DNA of 64,000 nt from the NCBI RefSeq assembly GCF_964355755.1, contig NC_092679.1, forward strand, positions 13,189,432-13,253,431, read 5' to 3'. The DNA is from Antedon mediterranea. Taxonomy: Eukaryota; Animalia; Echinodermata. The notes beneath the pieces were generated by a model. The model was not told the origin of the DNA. It worked only from the letters and a program-made list of their open reading frames with translations, and did no database searches. Both the position numbers and the translations under genes were made by a program. Position 1 is the stretch's first letter. Each line of letters opens with the position of its first letter. Below are positions 12,986-24,745 of this stretch, piece after piece.

Positions 12986-15900
12986 TGTAAGTACACGTAC
13001 TTAAGAATGAAACGCTACCGACGAATTTACTGGCTCATTTATGCTGTATTACAGCCTTTATTTCTTCATTTATCTCTAGCCTCTAGCCTCTAGCCGTAAA
13101 TTACTGAAAACAAACAAGTATAGCAATCAGCAAATTCAACCTCAAACTGAGGTAAATACAACATTAAATCTTAGGAAGAGAACAATGACGTATCTCAACC
13201 ATACATTATATGACGTAATCTATGCTTCGTCAAGCGGAACGACCGCTCAGATGTGCACAACACACCATGTGACGTGCAGCTAACTGTGTGACACATGATG
13301 CAAATCTGCATGTCTTAAATAGACTAAATAACATAAAGTAATCTTAAAGTTCACGTCATAACTTCTACAATCATTCTACTATCAGTAAACGTAATGATAA
13401 TAATCAGTAAATAACAATTTAAATAAACAATGTAAACAAACAAACTGAGGGCATAAAGGTGGGCTCCACAGAACAGCGACATCCATGACAACCTGCTCCG
13501 GCCATGCCACTCCAACCCTCCATGCTCTAGGCGGCAGGCGGCGAGTCTAAACGACCTCGCCATCTAAATAATGCCAATCTGCCTAAGCAAGAAGGAGTCA
13601 CGAATATTAAATGTATCATAACTAAAGCTAAAAACATCTATAACAAAGCATTACCGGTTCCGGTATCGTAGCTCAAATTCAACATAACAACTTTGTTGAT
13701 TATTATGTCCTCTAAACAAACAATTAATTATCACGTTCTCATATCTGTCCAAAAGGACCCGCACGATGGCGCTATACAAATTAACCTACTGATTAGAAAT
13801 CAGTACAGGCCTCCCATAAATTGACTACAATTTCTAACAAACAAATTAAACAATGGTATAATTATCAATGATAAACAAAGTAAGATTCAAACAATTACTA
13901 AATTATATAATTTCTACAAATGCAGTGTTAGATTACTGATCTTTAGGAACCAACAACACAATCTTGGTTACTGGCCTATCCAATGTTGTTATTCTTCGTC
14001 CAACGAAGACAGTGACGCTTCTCACTAAACCATCATCACTCGGCTTGGTATTGGTAACTCGAGCAAGCTCCCAATGATTTCTCGGGACACCTTCTTCATA
14101 CAAAAGTACAATATCTCCAATGCTTATGTTTCTTTTCTTCTTAGTCCACTTCTGTCTTTGCTGTAAATTGATAATATATTCTTTTCGCCATCTACTCCAA
14201 AAAGTATCCGCCAGATGCTGGACTCTTCTCCAGAGCTTCCGGCTAAACTTCCCATCCCTTTTGAAGTTTTCTGGCGGAGCATACACCGCACTGCTTTTCA
14301 TCGTTAACAAGTGAAATGGTGTCAACGGTTCTAAAGATGCATCGTTAGTAGCACATAAAGGTCTGCTATTAATTATTGCTTCTGCTTCTGTCATAAATGT
14401 GCTCAGCATGTCATCATTCAATATCGCCTTATGCTGAAGCATTAAGCTATCAAAAATGTTTCTGGTTGTTCTGATCATACGCTCCCAAGCTCCTCCGTGA
14501 TGGCTTGCAGTGGGTGTGTTAAATTTCCAATCACAATTTAACCTTAGCATATTTATGCGAATTGCCTCTTGATCCATCTCCTTTACTGCTTCCTTCAGCT
14601 CTCTTGTGGCACCAATAAAATTGGTTCCTTGGTCGGACCTCATTTGTCTGACGGGTCCTCTCCTACATAAAAATCGCCGAAAGGCATTCATAAAGGAATC
14701 TGTCGAAAACGAGCTGGCTATCTCCAGGTGCACACTTCGAGACACCAAACATGTAAATAGCACACCATAGCGCTTAAGTTCCTTTCTACCATTTTTTACA
14801 ATGATCGGCCCAAAGAAGTCTACGCCACAGTAACTAAAGGCTCTTTCGACTGGTAGATCTGCCATACGCTGGAGTTCTGTAGGTCGTCTAAGTCGACGAC
14901 ATACCGTGCAGTCGTGAATATATCTCGAGACAGATGCCACGCCACCTATCATCCAGAACCCAGCAGCTCGCACCGCATTAAGAGTAATCCCTCTACCTTG
15001 GTGGTACACTTGATTATGGTAATGACTGACTATTAATCGGGTTAAATCACTTTTTGCAGGGATGATTACTGGATGTTTAATTTCTTCTGGTAGATTAGTT
15101 TTCTTTAAACGACCTCCTACACGCAGCAATCCATCGTTGTCTACGACTGGGTCTAACTTCACCAGCGCATTCAAATCCTTCCATTCATTGTATTGCACAG
15201 CTTTAATTATCAATTTTTCACTTCTAGTTAGGTCTTCTACCGTAACTTCTCCGGATCGCTTCCATCCTCTTAATTTATAAATAAAGATTAAACACCTTGC
15301 AAGTATTTGTCGTACCTTGTGCCAACTGGAAGTTCTTCTTAACATGTCTGGGATCAGTTCAGTTTTCACTTGTGTTGCAAACACCTTAGCTTGCCTTACT
15401 TCCACATCGTCATCTTTTATTTCAATATGTAACTGGTTGATTGTATATTTTTCACGGTTTAAGAAAGCTGGTCCATGCCACCACCTCTCGCAATCTCTCA
15501 ATTTCTCAGCATCCATTCCACGTGATGCAATATCAGCGGGATTATCCTCACTGCTTACGTAGTGCCACTGACCACTAGTGCTCGCATCGTGAATTTGTTG
15601 CACCCTATTAGCTACAAAGGTGTTAAACCTTTTCGCTTCATTATTAATATATCCAATGACTACTTGGCTGTCAGTCCAGAAATACTCAGTGACGTTCGGA
15701 TACTCTATCTCTTCTTTCAGCATGGATGCAACCTTAACCGATACCACTGCAGCTGCCAGTTTCAACCTTGGTATAGTTATCATTCTCTTAGGAGCTACAC
15801 GGCATTTGCTAATTAAGAGTGATGTCTTCACTTTACCTTCTTTATCAACAAGTCGTAAGTATGAACACTGACCGTATCCTTTCTCGCTCGCATCACTAAA

Positions 15901-18900
15901 ATGGTGTAGCTCGGTGGATACAATTTCTGAATTTCTATTGCTTATTGGCTTATAACATCTTTCAATACTGACGTCTTTCAAGTACACCAATTGCTTTTTC
16001 CATTCTTCCCATGATCTAAGGGTTTCTTCACCAACCGGATGATCCCATTCAGCACCACCAGCACAAATCTCCTGCAATATGCGTTTACCCAACAGAACGT
16101 AAGGACCAACAAACCCAAGAGGGTCAAATATAGCACTCACCGTAGACAGAATACCTCTTCTAGTTGATGGCTTATTTCTCAAATTGGCTTCAAATGTAAA
16201 GGTATCTTCCACTGCATTCCACAATATACCCAACGTCCGCTCTGTAGGAAGATCACTCAAGTCCAACTGGTTTACTTTGGAAGCAATTGACGTGGCGGGT
16301 AAGGACTTCAATACCTCTGGAGAATTAGAGAGAAATTTGTGCAACCTAAAGCCGCCTCTGCTAAGCATATCCACAGTTCTCTTTATCAAACTGATAGCAG
16401 CATCGATCGTTGGAACAGCCTTTAAGCCATCATCCACGTAGAATCCTCTGCGGACGAATTCAGCAGCATCAGTCCCATACTCGTTTTCATACAAATCTGC
16501 TACTTTTTTAAATCCATAGTTGGCACAGCCAGGAGATGAAGCCGCTCCAAAAACGTGAACGAGCATTCGGTAATCAGTGGGCTCTTCATTTAAATTACCA
16601 TGTTGCCACCACAAGAACCTCAAAAAGTTTCGATGCTCCGGCGCCACTAAGACCTGATGGAACATTCCTTCAACATCGCCAACGACTGCTATGCGATCTT
16701 GTCTGAACCTTAGCATCACACCCACTAGATTGTTAGTTAAATTTGGACCAGTGAGTAACATATCGTTTAGGGATATACCTTGGTAGCGTGATGCACAGTC
16801 CATAACTACCCTCAATTTTTCTGGCTTTTTAGGGTGAAATATTCCATGATGTGGAATATACCATACGTTTTCACACCCACACACAAGTTCTTCTGTAGGT
16901 ACCTTTTCTGCCTGACCTTTGTCTATGATACTAGTCATAAACTCTTTATATTTTGCAGCGAATGATGGCTGTTTTATCATTTTGTGTCTCAGCTGAATTA
17001 ACCTCTTACCAACAGCTACTTTGTTGTTAGGCAACTTGGGAATTTCCAATTTAAATGGTAATGGCAGTTGGATATGTCCATTTTCTGTTCTGCATCCTTT
17101 TTGCATAGCGTTCAAGAATTTTGTGTCCTCGACTGATATCATTTTTCAATTTATACGATCATCCAAGAAATCTCTTTCCAGCACCTTTATTACTTCTTTA
17201 GTAGTTGTTTTGAAGGAGAATTGCTTCATATTGTTGGTGGGTTCTCCCTTCCGTGCCTTAATGACACCTACCACACCCCATCCTAATAAGGTCTTAATCG
17301 CATACGGATCTTCGTCATGATTACCTTGTACCACTTCCCTTGGCATCAGTGCACTAGAACAATTGTGGCCTATTATTAGACCAACTTCAATATCAAGAAG
17401 TGGACTTAAGTCATTTTTTATTTTCTGTAGATGTTGCCAACCATTCACTGAGTTTGGAGTAGGAATCTGGTGTCTTGATACAGGTATGGAATCCCGAGTA
17501 TAGGCTGCTGGTAAACTTATAGTTTTCCCTTCTTTAAGTCCTCTCACCTTCAAACCATTTATCTTCTCCGAAGTAACACATCCCTTTGTAAGTACTGTTG
17601 ATATTTCCAGTTGTATGCGGACACCCTTGGTTTTTAATTCTTGTGCAAGTTTTGCTGAGATAAAACAGGAGTCTGACTGCTCATCAAGAAGGGCGTATGT
17701 TATGCTTTCCTGTTTTTCATATTCAATCCACACAGGCACTATTGAAGAGCAACACTGTTCATTGTCACATGTATTGCTGCACAAATTGTTTGAAGATACT
17801 ACAGGTGGTTTAGCTGCACTGTTTGAAGATACTACAGGTGGTTCAGCTGCACTGTTTGAAGATACTACAGGTGGTTCAGCAGTACTGTTTGAAAATCTAT
17901 GCATGATAGTGGGGTGCTCGCCTTTACATATATCACAAATCCTTCGGCACTTACATTCTCTCCATATGTGCCCTTTTTTCAAGCAACCTCTACATAATCC
18001 TTTCCTTCTTATTAACTCTTCTCGCTGTTTCAGTTCTAAACCCTTAAATTTATCACATCCTTCCACTGTGTGATTTCCGTCACAACAAAAACACCTTTTC
18101 TGCTTGGACTGAGTACTATAAGCTCTTGCGGAATCACCAGATTTATTTCCCTTTTGGCTATCACGGCTTTTTGATGCAGATGTAATCTGAAATGACGGGT
18201 CGTTACGTACCTTGGCCTCTTTTGCAACAAACTCTACAAAAACATTGAATGGCGGGAACGACACACATCTTTATCGGCTTTATACCTTGCTCCGGTTGTA
18301 CGCCACCGGTCTTGTAGTTGGTATGATAGTTTTTCTGTCACCATATTGACACCCCTTGCGGTATCAAAGCAGGCCAATCCTGGTAGTCTTTTATCTGATT
18401 TCGCTACTTCAATTTCCCTTAACAGGTCTGACATTTCCTTCAGCTGATGGTCATCTTTGATCCTCGGGAAGGTTTCTAATTTCTTTAATAGAACACTCTC
18501 AATCAACTCTGGGGCACCATACTCTTCATTCAAGCGTTTCCACATGTCCTTTAGGCCATTTTCAGGGTTGTCTAGATGAACCGCCCTTAACCTCATTACT
18601 ATTTTCCTCGATTCAGGACCTAGCCATTTAATCATCAAATCACACTCTTCTCGTGCACTCAAGGATAGCTCTTTGACAATTGCCTTAAACGTACCCATCC
18701 ATGATCTGTAATTTAATGGACTGTCATCAAATTTAATCAAACCATTGCTGATCAAATCTTTCTTCATTAGGAATTTCGCAATTGCATTGCTGCTTACGTT
18801 TCGGTCATCATCCTCCCTGTTGCTGGTAGTAGTATCCACCACTGATGTCTCCCTTGCCTTGATATCTGCTAAATATTTTTTCCCTATTTGCAGACCTTGT

Positions 18901-20050
18901 GTGAACTCTAATAACACAATTTCAATATACGTTTCTGCTTCTTCTAATTCAGGTTCAGTGTCAAGTATTGCAACGAGTGCATCATGAACTTGTTCTACTC
19001 CATTAGACGCATTTAGCAGTCTTTCAAGAGCATTCTCTACTACTTCCTTCTCATTTTCTTCAGCTGTCGCTGCTTTTAATACATTTAAGGCTCTAGTGAA
19101 TGCTCCCCTTTTTACTCTTCTGGAGTGTTTCAGCTTGTCCTTTTGATCAGATGTGCTAGCGGGCATCTTGCTTCACTTTCAGGATTGGTTGAAATACCTC
19201 CGTAATTTACTGTAAGTACACGTACTTAAGAATGAAACGCTACCGACGAATTTACTGGCTCATTTATGCTGTATTACAGCCTTTATTTCTTCATTTATCT
19301 CTAACCTCTAATCTCTAGCCTCTAGCCTCTAGCCTCTAGCCTCTAGCCGTAAATTACTGAAAACAAACAAGTATAGCAATCAGCAAATTCAACCTCAAAC
19401 TGAGGTAAATACAACATTAAATCTTAGGAAGAGAACAATGACGTATCTCAACCATACATTATATGACGTAATCTATGCTTCGTCAAGCGGAACGACCGCT
19501 CAGATGTGCACAACACACCATGTGACGTGTAGCTAACTGTGTGATACATGATGCAAATCTGCATGTCTTAAATAGACTAAATAACATAAAGTAATCTTAA
19601 AGTTCAAGTCATAACTACAATCATTCTACTATCAGTAAACGTAATGATAATAATCAGTAAATAACAATTTAAATAAACAATGTAAACAAACAAACTGAGG
19701 GCATAAATGTGGGCTCTACAGAACAGCGACATCCATGACAACCTGCTCCGGCCATGCCACTCCAACCCTCCATGCTCTAGGCGGCGAGTCTAAACGACCT
19801 CGCCATCTAAATAATGCCAATCTGCCTAAGCAAGAAGGAGTCACGAATATTAAATGTATCATAACTAAAGCTAAAAACATCTATAACAAAGCATTACCGG
19901 TTCCGGTATCGTAGCTCAAATTCAACATAACAACTTTGTTGATTATTATGTCCTCTAAACAAACAATTAATTATCACGTTCTCATATCTGTCCAAAAGGA
20001 CCCGCACGATGGCGCTATACAAATTAACCTACTGATTAGAAATCAGTACA
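12986..20050 (-). mobile_element. Full-length BEL/Pao LTR retrotransposon
   Basis: LTRs 12986-13807 and 19211-20050 (TG...CA, near identical); 5-bp TSD TGGGC (12981-12985, 20051-20055); purine-rich GGGAGGCC next to the 3' LTR on the minus strand; gag-PR-RT-RH-IN order. Confidence 0.97.
13933..19166 (-). pseudogene. BEL/Pao gag-pol polyprotein with one frameshift and one in-frame stop
   Basis: Triple Cys/His knuckles, protease ALLDEQSD, RT KLRVVMD...FYVDD, RNase H HFSDASEKGYG, integrase GVDFFGP/SDQGTNF/GGAWER. Frameshift near 18260 (TG run) and TGA at 17146-17148. Confidence 0.95.
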
Positions 20051-20672
20051 TGGGCGATAACTAAATAGGTACATTACCAGCCAATGCATTTGCTGATTTG
20101 ACAGCATTGACATTTTTGTAAGTATTACTTAAGTTAACTTTTAAAGATCAACGATAATAGCGTCGAGAAAACAGTGCTTAATTAACCATGCAGGGACGTA
20201 CCACGTGACTTTACTGTTTCAAAAAACTAAACAAAAAATACTAACATAACATGCCATTTTGTAGGTAATTAATTAGGCATAACAATACCGAAACAGTCAT
20301 AAATATCGTTCAAATAATAACACATAGATACATTAAAAAAACACTAAAAAATAACTGTTTTTCTGTGATTTCGTGTCGTTCAGCGGAATTAATATAATGA
20401 AATAAGTAATTTTTTTGTAGTAATTTGTATTTTGTAGTAAATATTTATCACATTAATGTAATGTATAATTGTATTCTACGTTTGTATTCTTTCTTTAAAG
20501 GGATTTGAGCTATAACCAAATAGTTACATTACAGTGCATTTGCTGATTTGACAGCATTGAAAAAACTCTGAGAATATTACTTAAGTTACGATCAATGATG
20601 ATAGCGTCGTCGAATAACGTCGGCTATAAAACAGGCTCAAGACAGGGGTGCTTAGTTAACCATGCAGTGCCG

Positions 20673-22177
20673 TGTTACAACCGTTAATGTAGAAAACGCC
20701 AGCTAATGTCGAAACAACCGTTAATGTAGAACAACCAACCGCTTATGTAGTAAAACCTCCAGCTTATGTAGAAACACCAACAGCTTATGTAGTAAATAAA
20801 AATCAACACCAGCTAATGTAGAAACAGTCAACAGCTTATGTAGTAACGAAAATTGCCTCCCAGCTTATGTAGTTACTATCGCCAGCTAATGTAGAAAATG
20901 TTATATATTTTACAAAAATGTCTCATTCATGTGCAAATGCATCGATCTTTACTTAGCTATCAGTCTTTCCACCTCTCGTAAGCAACCAACTTTCTAAAAC
21001 GACCACACATCGTAAGCAACCATCTCTGTTAAGGGACCGCTTCTCATAATCGACCACGTCTCGTAAGGGATCACCTCCTCTCATAAGGGACCACTTCTCA
21101 TAATCGACCACCTCTCGTAAACGACCACCTTTCTTAAGGACCACACCTCTCATAAGTGACCACCTCTTTTATGTGACCACGACCTCTTTCTCTCTATTAA
21201 AGGACCGCTTCTCATAATCGTCAGTGACGACTCTTTTAAAGGACCACCTCTCTTAACGACCCCACCTCTCGTAAGTGAAGACCTATTTTAAAGGACCACC
21301 ACCTCTATTAATGGACTGCTTCTCATAATCGACCATCTCCCATCACAATGACCTCTCGAAAATGACCACCTCTATTGAACGACCACTGTCTCTGTTAAGG
21401 GACCGCTTCTCATCATTGAAGATTTAATAGAGATAAAGAGGTCGTGGTCCCTTAAAAGAAGTGGTCACTTACGAGAGGTGTGGTCGTTAAAAGAGGTGGT
21501 CGCTTACGAGAGGTGGTCGATTATGAAAAGCGGTTCCTTATGAGAGGCGGTGATCACTTACGAGAGGTGGTCGATTATAAGAAGTGGTCCCTTGATAGAA
21601 ACGGTGGACGTTCAATAGAGGTGGTCACTTACCAGAGGTCGTTGTGACGGGAGATAGTCGATTATGAGAAGCGGTCCGTTAATAGGGAGAAAGAGGTCGT
21701 GGTCCCTTAAAAGAAGTGGTCATTTACGAGAGGTGTGGTCGCTTACGAAAGGTGGTCGATTATGAGAAGCGGTCCCTTATGAGAGGAGGTAATCCCTTAC
21801 GAGACGTGGTCGATTATGATAAGCGGTCCCTTAACAGAGATGTGTGGTCATTTTAGAAAGTTGGTTACTTACGAGAGGTGGAAAGACTGATAGCTAAGTA
21901 AAGATCGATGCATTTGCACATGAATTAGACATTTTTGTAAAATATATAACATTTTCTACATTAGCTGGCGATAGTAACTACATAAGCTGGGAGGCAATTT
22001 TCGTTACTACATAAGCGTTTGACTGTTTCTACATTAGCTGGTGTTGATTTTTATTTACTACATAAGCTGTTGGTGTTTCTACATAAGCTGGAGGTTTTAC
22101 TACATAAGCGGTGGATTGTTCTACATTAACGGTTGTTTCGACATTAGCTGGCGTTTTCTACATTAGCGGTTGTAACA
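20673..22177. mobile_element. Foldback-type non-autonomous element (TGT...ACA, 5-bp TSD), Ginger-like termini
   Basis: Ends TGTTACAACCG / CGGTTGTAACA, TSD TGCCG (20668-20672, 22178-22182). The arms are inverted copies built from cagcttatgtag and gaccacctctcgtaag subrepeats. Confidence 0.85.
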
Positions 22178-23069
22178 TGCCGTACCACTTTACTGGACAC
22201 AAAATAGCCAAACGGGTGAGATTGCTCTCTATAGTATTAATAGACTAGCCTATCAAAACGCCTCAAACAAGCGGATGGATTTGAACAAATTGGGTTTTTA
22301 AAACTACTCGTGTATCAAAACACCTGACATTAAAATGGATATGAAAGGGTTCCTAGCAATATCATTTTATTGGCTCAACGTGTAGATAAATCAGTTTTAA
22401 GCTTGCCATAGTCATACTTAATGTTTTGGAGGACGACAACGCCCTCAAAACGCCCCTGAGAAACCTGTGAAAAACTTTTTGTGACGTCACTAAAAGTTAT
22501 TTTTGTATTACAGAGATAGGAATTTAGCAGTAAATCATTGATTGATGCAAAAGCATGGTAGTAATTACTTATCGCTTTGATAGTTTTATTCTTGGATAAG
22601 TATGTTAGCCTAATCGAATAAAATTAATTCATATTATCAACCATGTTTTTTTTTTAAACGGATTTTAATTTCGTTTTTCAAGGCCACCTTTTACGAAATT
22701 CATAGCCAAATGCCTATCTTGCTGGGTACACGGAGTTATTTTGCGCATGCGTGAGAATCACAGAGTCGACCACCTTGGCCTCTCTCTCGACCCTCCTCCT
22801 CTCGCGAGCGATGTTTATTTTGCTATTTATTATACACGTATTATTGAAACATTCATTTTATTATTACTTCGTTGTAATTAACTGAAATTGATGGAAATTC
22901 GTCCACATCGTCTTGTTAACACGGATGTTAACATCGTTTTGAAGAAACGGTTGGACGAGTAAATGGTGTTTGACAATGCCATGGCCTGGAGCTAGCTAGG
23001 CCTAGCTAGGCTAGGCCTAGGCCTTTTTAGTAGTGATGACTGCTGGATACGGTGTTTAGTCGCCCGGCC

Positions 23070-24745
23070 GCGATTTTTTTTTTCGTACATAAGTTGGGGA
23101 CCCCCTCATGAAACGTCACAAAATAAACATGAATAATTCATCAGTTAAATTTTCTTGTTCCGTGTGCACCCAAGCGTATAGCAACAAGAAGTGATTTTGT
23201 TATGCGCGATTTGAACGATTTGCGCAATTTGAAATTGCGAAAAAAAATCCTTGCGCAATTTGAAATTGCGCAAACAATTCTTGCGCAATTTATAATTGCG
23301 CAATCAACTTGCGCAATTTCAAATTGCGCAAGAAATCTTTGCGCAATTTTAAATTGCGCTGCACAATTTGTAAATTGCGCAAGATAGTTCTTGCGCAATA
23401 TGACACCTTTGCGCAATTTGAAAACGAACTGTAAATTTTCCCATACATGGCTATAGGCTAGGCCTAGGCAAAGGAGTTTAAAATTTAGTATTTTATTATA
23501 TAAATAAGACCATTTCAATGAAGATAATGTTTAATACTCACTTTTTAAATTTTTAATATTAGTTTAAGCTAGGCCATGTAACCTAGTCAGTATCAGTAGT
23601 CCAGACCCTAGCTAGGCTAGAGTAGTATAGCCGGCCGCCCGCGCCGCGCCCGCCTGGTGGAACACCACCGCTTCGTTTTCCTTCGTCGGTTCTTCGACGG
23701 TATGCTAACTTATAACAATATTTGCACTACTAAAATAAGGAAATGCGATATTTATCTTTAATTTTGAATCATTCTTAGAAATTACTATAAAAATATGGGT
23801 GTACATGATTTCACAATCTGTCGAAAAACCTTGCGCAATTTGCAGATTACTTGCGCAATTTAATACGTTGCTTGCGCAATTTGAAACACATGTTTCAATT
23901 CAAATTGCGCAAGGATTTTTTTTGCGCAATTTCAAATTGCGCAAATCGTTCAAATCGCGCATAACAATTACACAACTGCAATACGATACTTTTACAGTAG
24001 GCCTAGGATTCTAAGTCAATTCACGTGATTGCCTTCGCGCACTCTTCTTCACACACACACACACACACCACTATGCAAAATGTGTCGAGTCGAGGCTAAT
24101 CGACTGCTAGGCAAGATATTACACTAAGTAGTAATTCATTGGACATAGCCCAAAGAAAGCTTAGACCCACAAGAATAAAGAATGTGTATAATTTGTGTAC
24201 TGTATTTTTTTAATTCTGCTATTTTATTATCAAACAATATGCATGTAATCAAAGGAACTGCGCGTATATGAACACATGAGATGGGAAGGTTAGACCCACG
24301 AGAATAAAAAATGTATTTTGGTGTAATGTTTATTGTTTAATTTTGCTGACTCTAACACACACACGTCACACACACCAACACAGCTACTACTAGAATAGAC
24401 ATGGGTTTAGAGAATAGTAATTAGGCCTAATAGTATCAATAGAAACTATAATTTTAACACGTAATTCTTTAGTAATAAATTATATTAAACACACCATAAA
24501 CTAAAGGCTGATTATTTCGACAATCCACACAAAACGCCGCTATTCTATTATGAAATCGCACGCGGCAACCACAGTGGAGATAGGCCTGGAATCGTACCGC
24601 ACTTGTGTAAACTACTGTAATCACTTCTTGTTGCTATACGCTTGGGTGCACACGGAACAAGAAAATTTAACTGATGAATTATTCATGTTTATTTTGTGAC
24701 GTTTCATGAGGGGGTCCCCAACTTATGTACGAAAAAAAAAATCGC
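23070..24745. mobile_element. MULE/Mutator-like MITE nested in the Kolobok element
   Basis: ~127-bp TIRs (GCGATTTTTTTTTTCGTACATAAG...), 9-bp TSD CGCCCGGCC (23061-23069, 24746-24754). Confidence 0.85.
23198..23966. mobile_element. TGT...ACA MITE with TTGCGCAA subrepeats nested in the MULE-like element
   Basis: TIR TGTTATGCGCGATTTGAACGATTTGCGCAATTTGAAATTGCG, with its reverse complement ending at 23966; imperfect 4-bp TSD attt/atta. Confidence 0.8.

Larger units (their letters stand above)
12464..20567 (+). pseudogene. Array of four decayed LRR exons (LGR pseudogene fragment)
   Basis: Exon-like units at 12464-12538, ~12719-12790, 12976-12985+20056-20117 and 20501-20567 share AACCAAATA...TGCATTTGCTGATTTGACAGCA (NQI..ANAFADLTAL). 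They carry stops, indels and broken splice sites. Confidence 0.85.

Noticed and set aside
14120-18987. Plus-strand ORFs inside the BEL element
   Set aside because: They are antisense shadows of gag-pol with no recognisable motifs.
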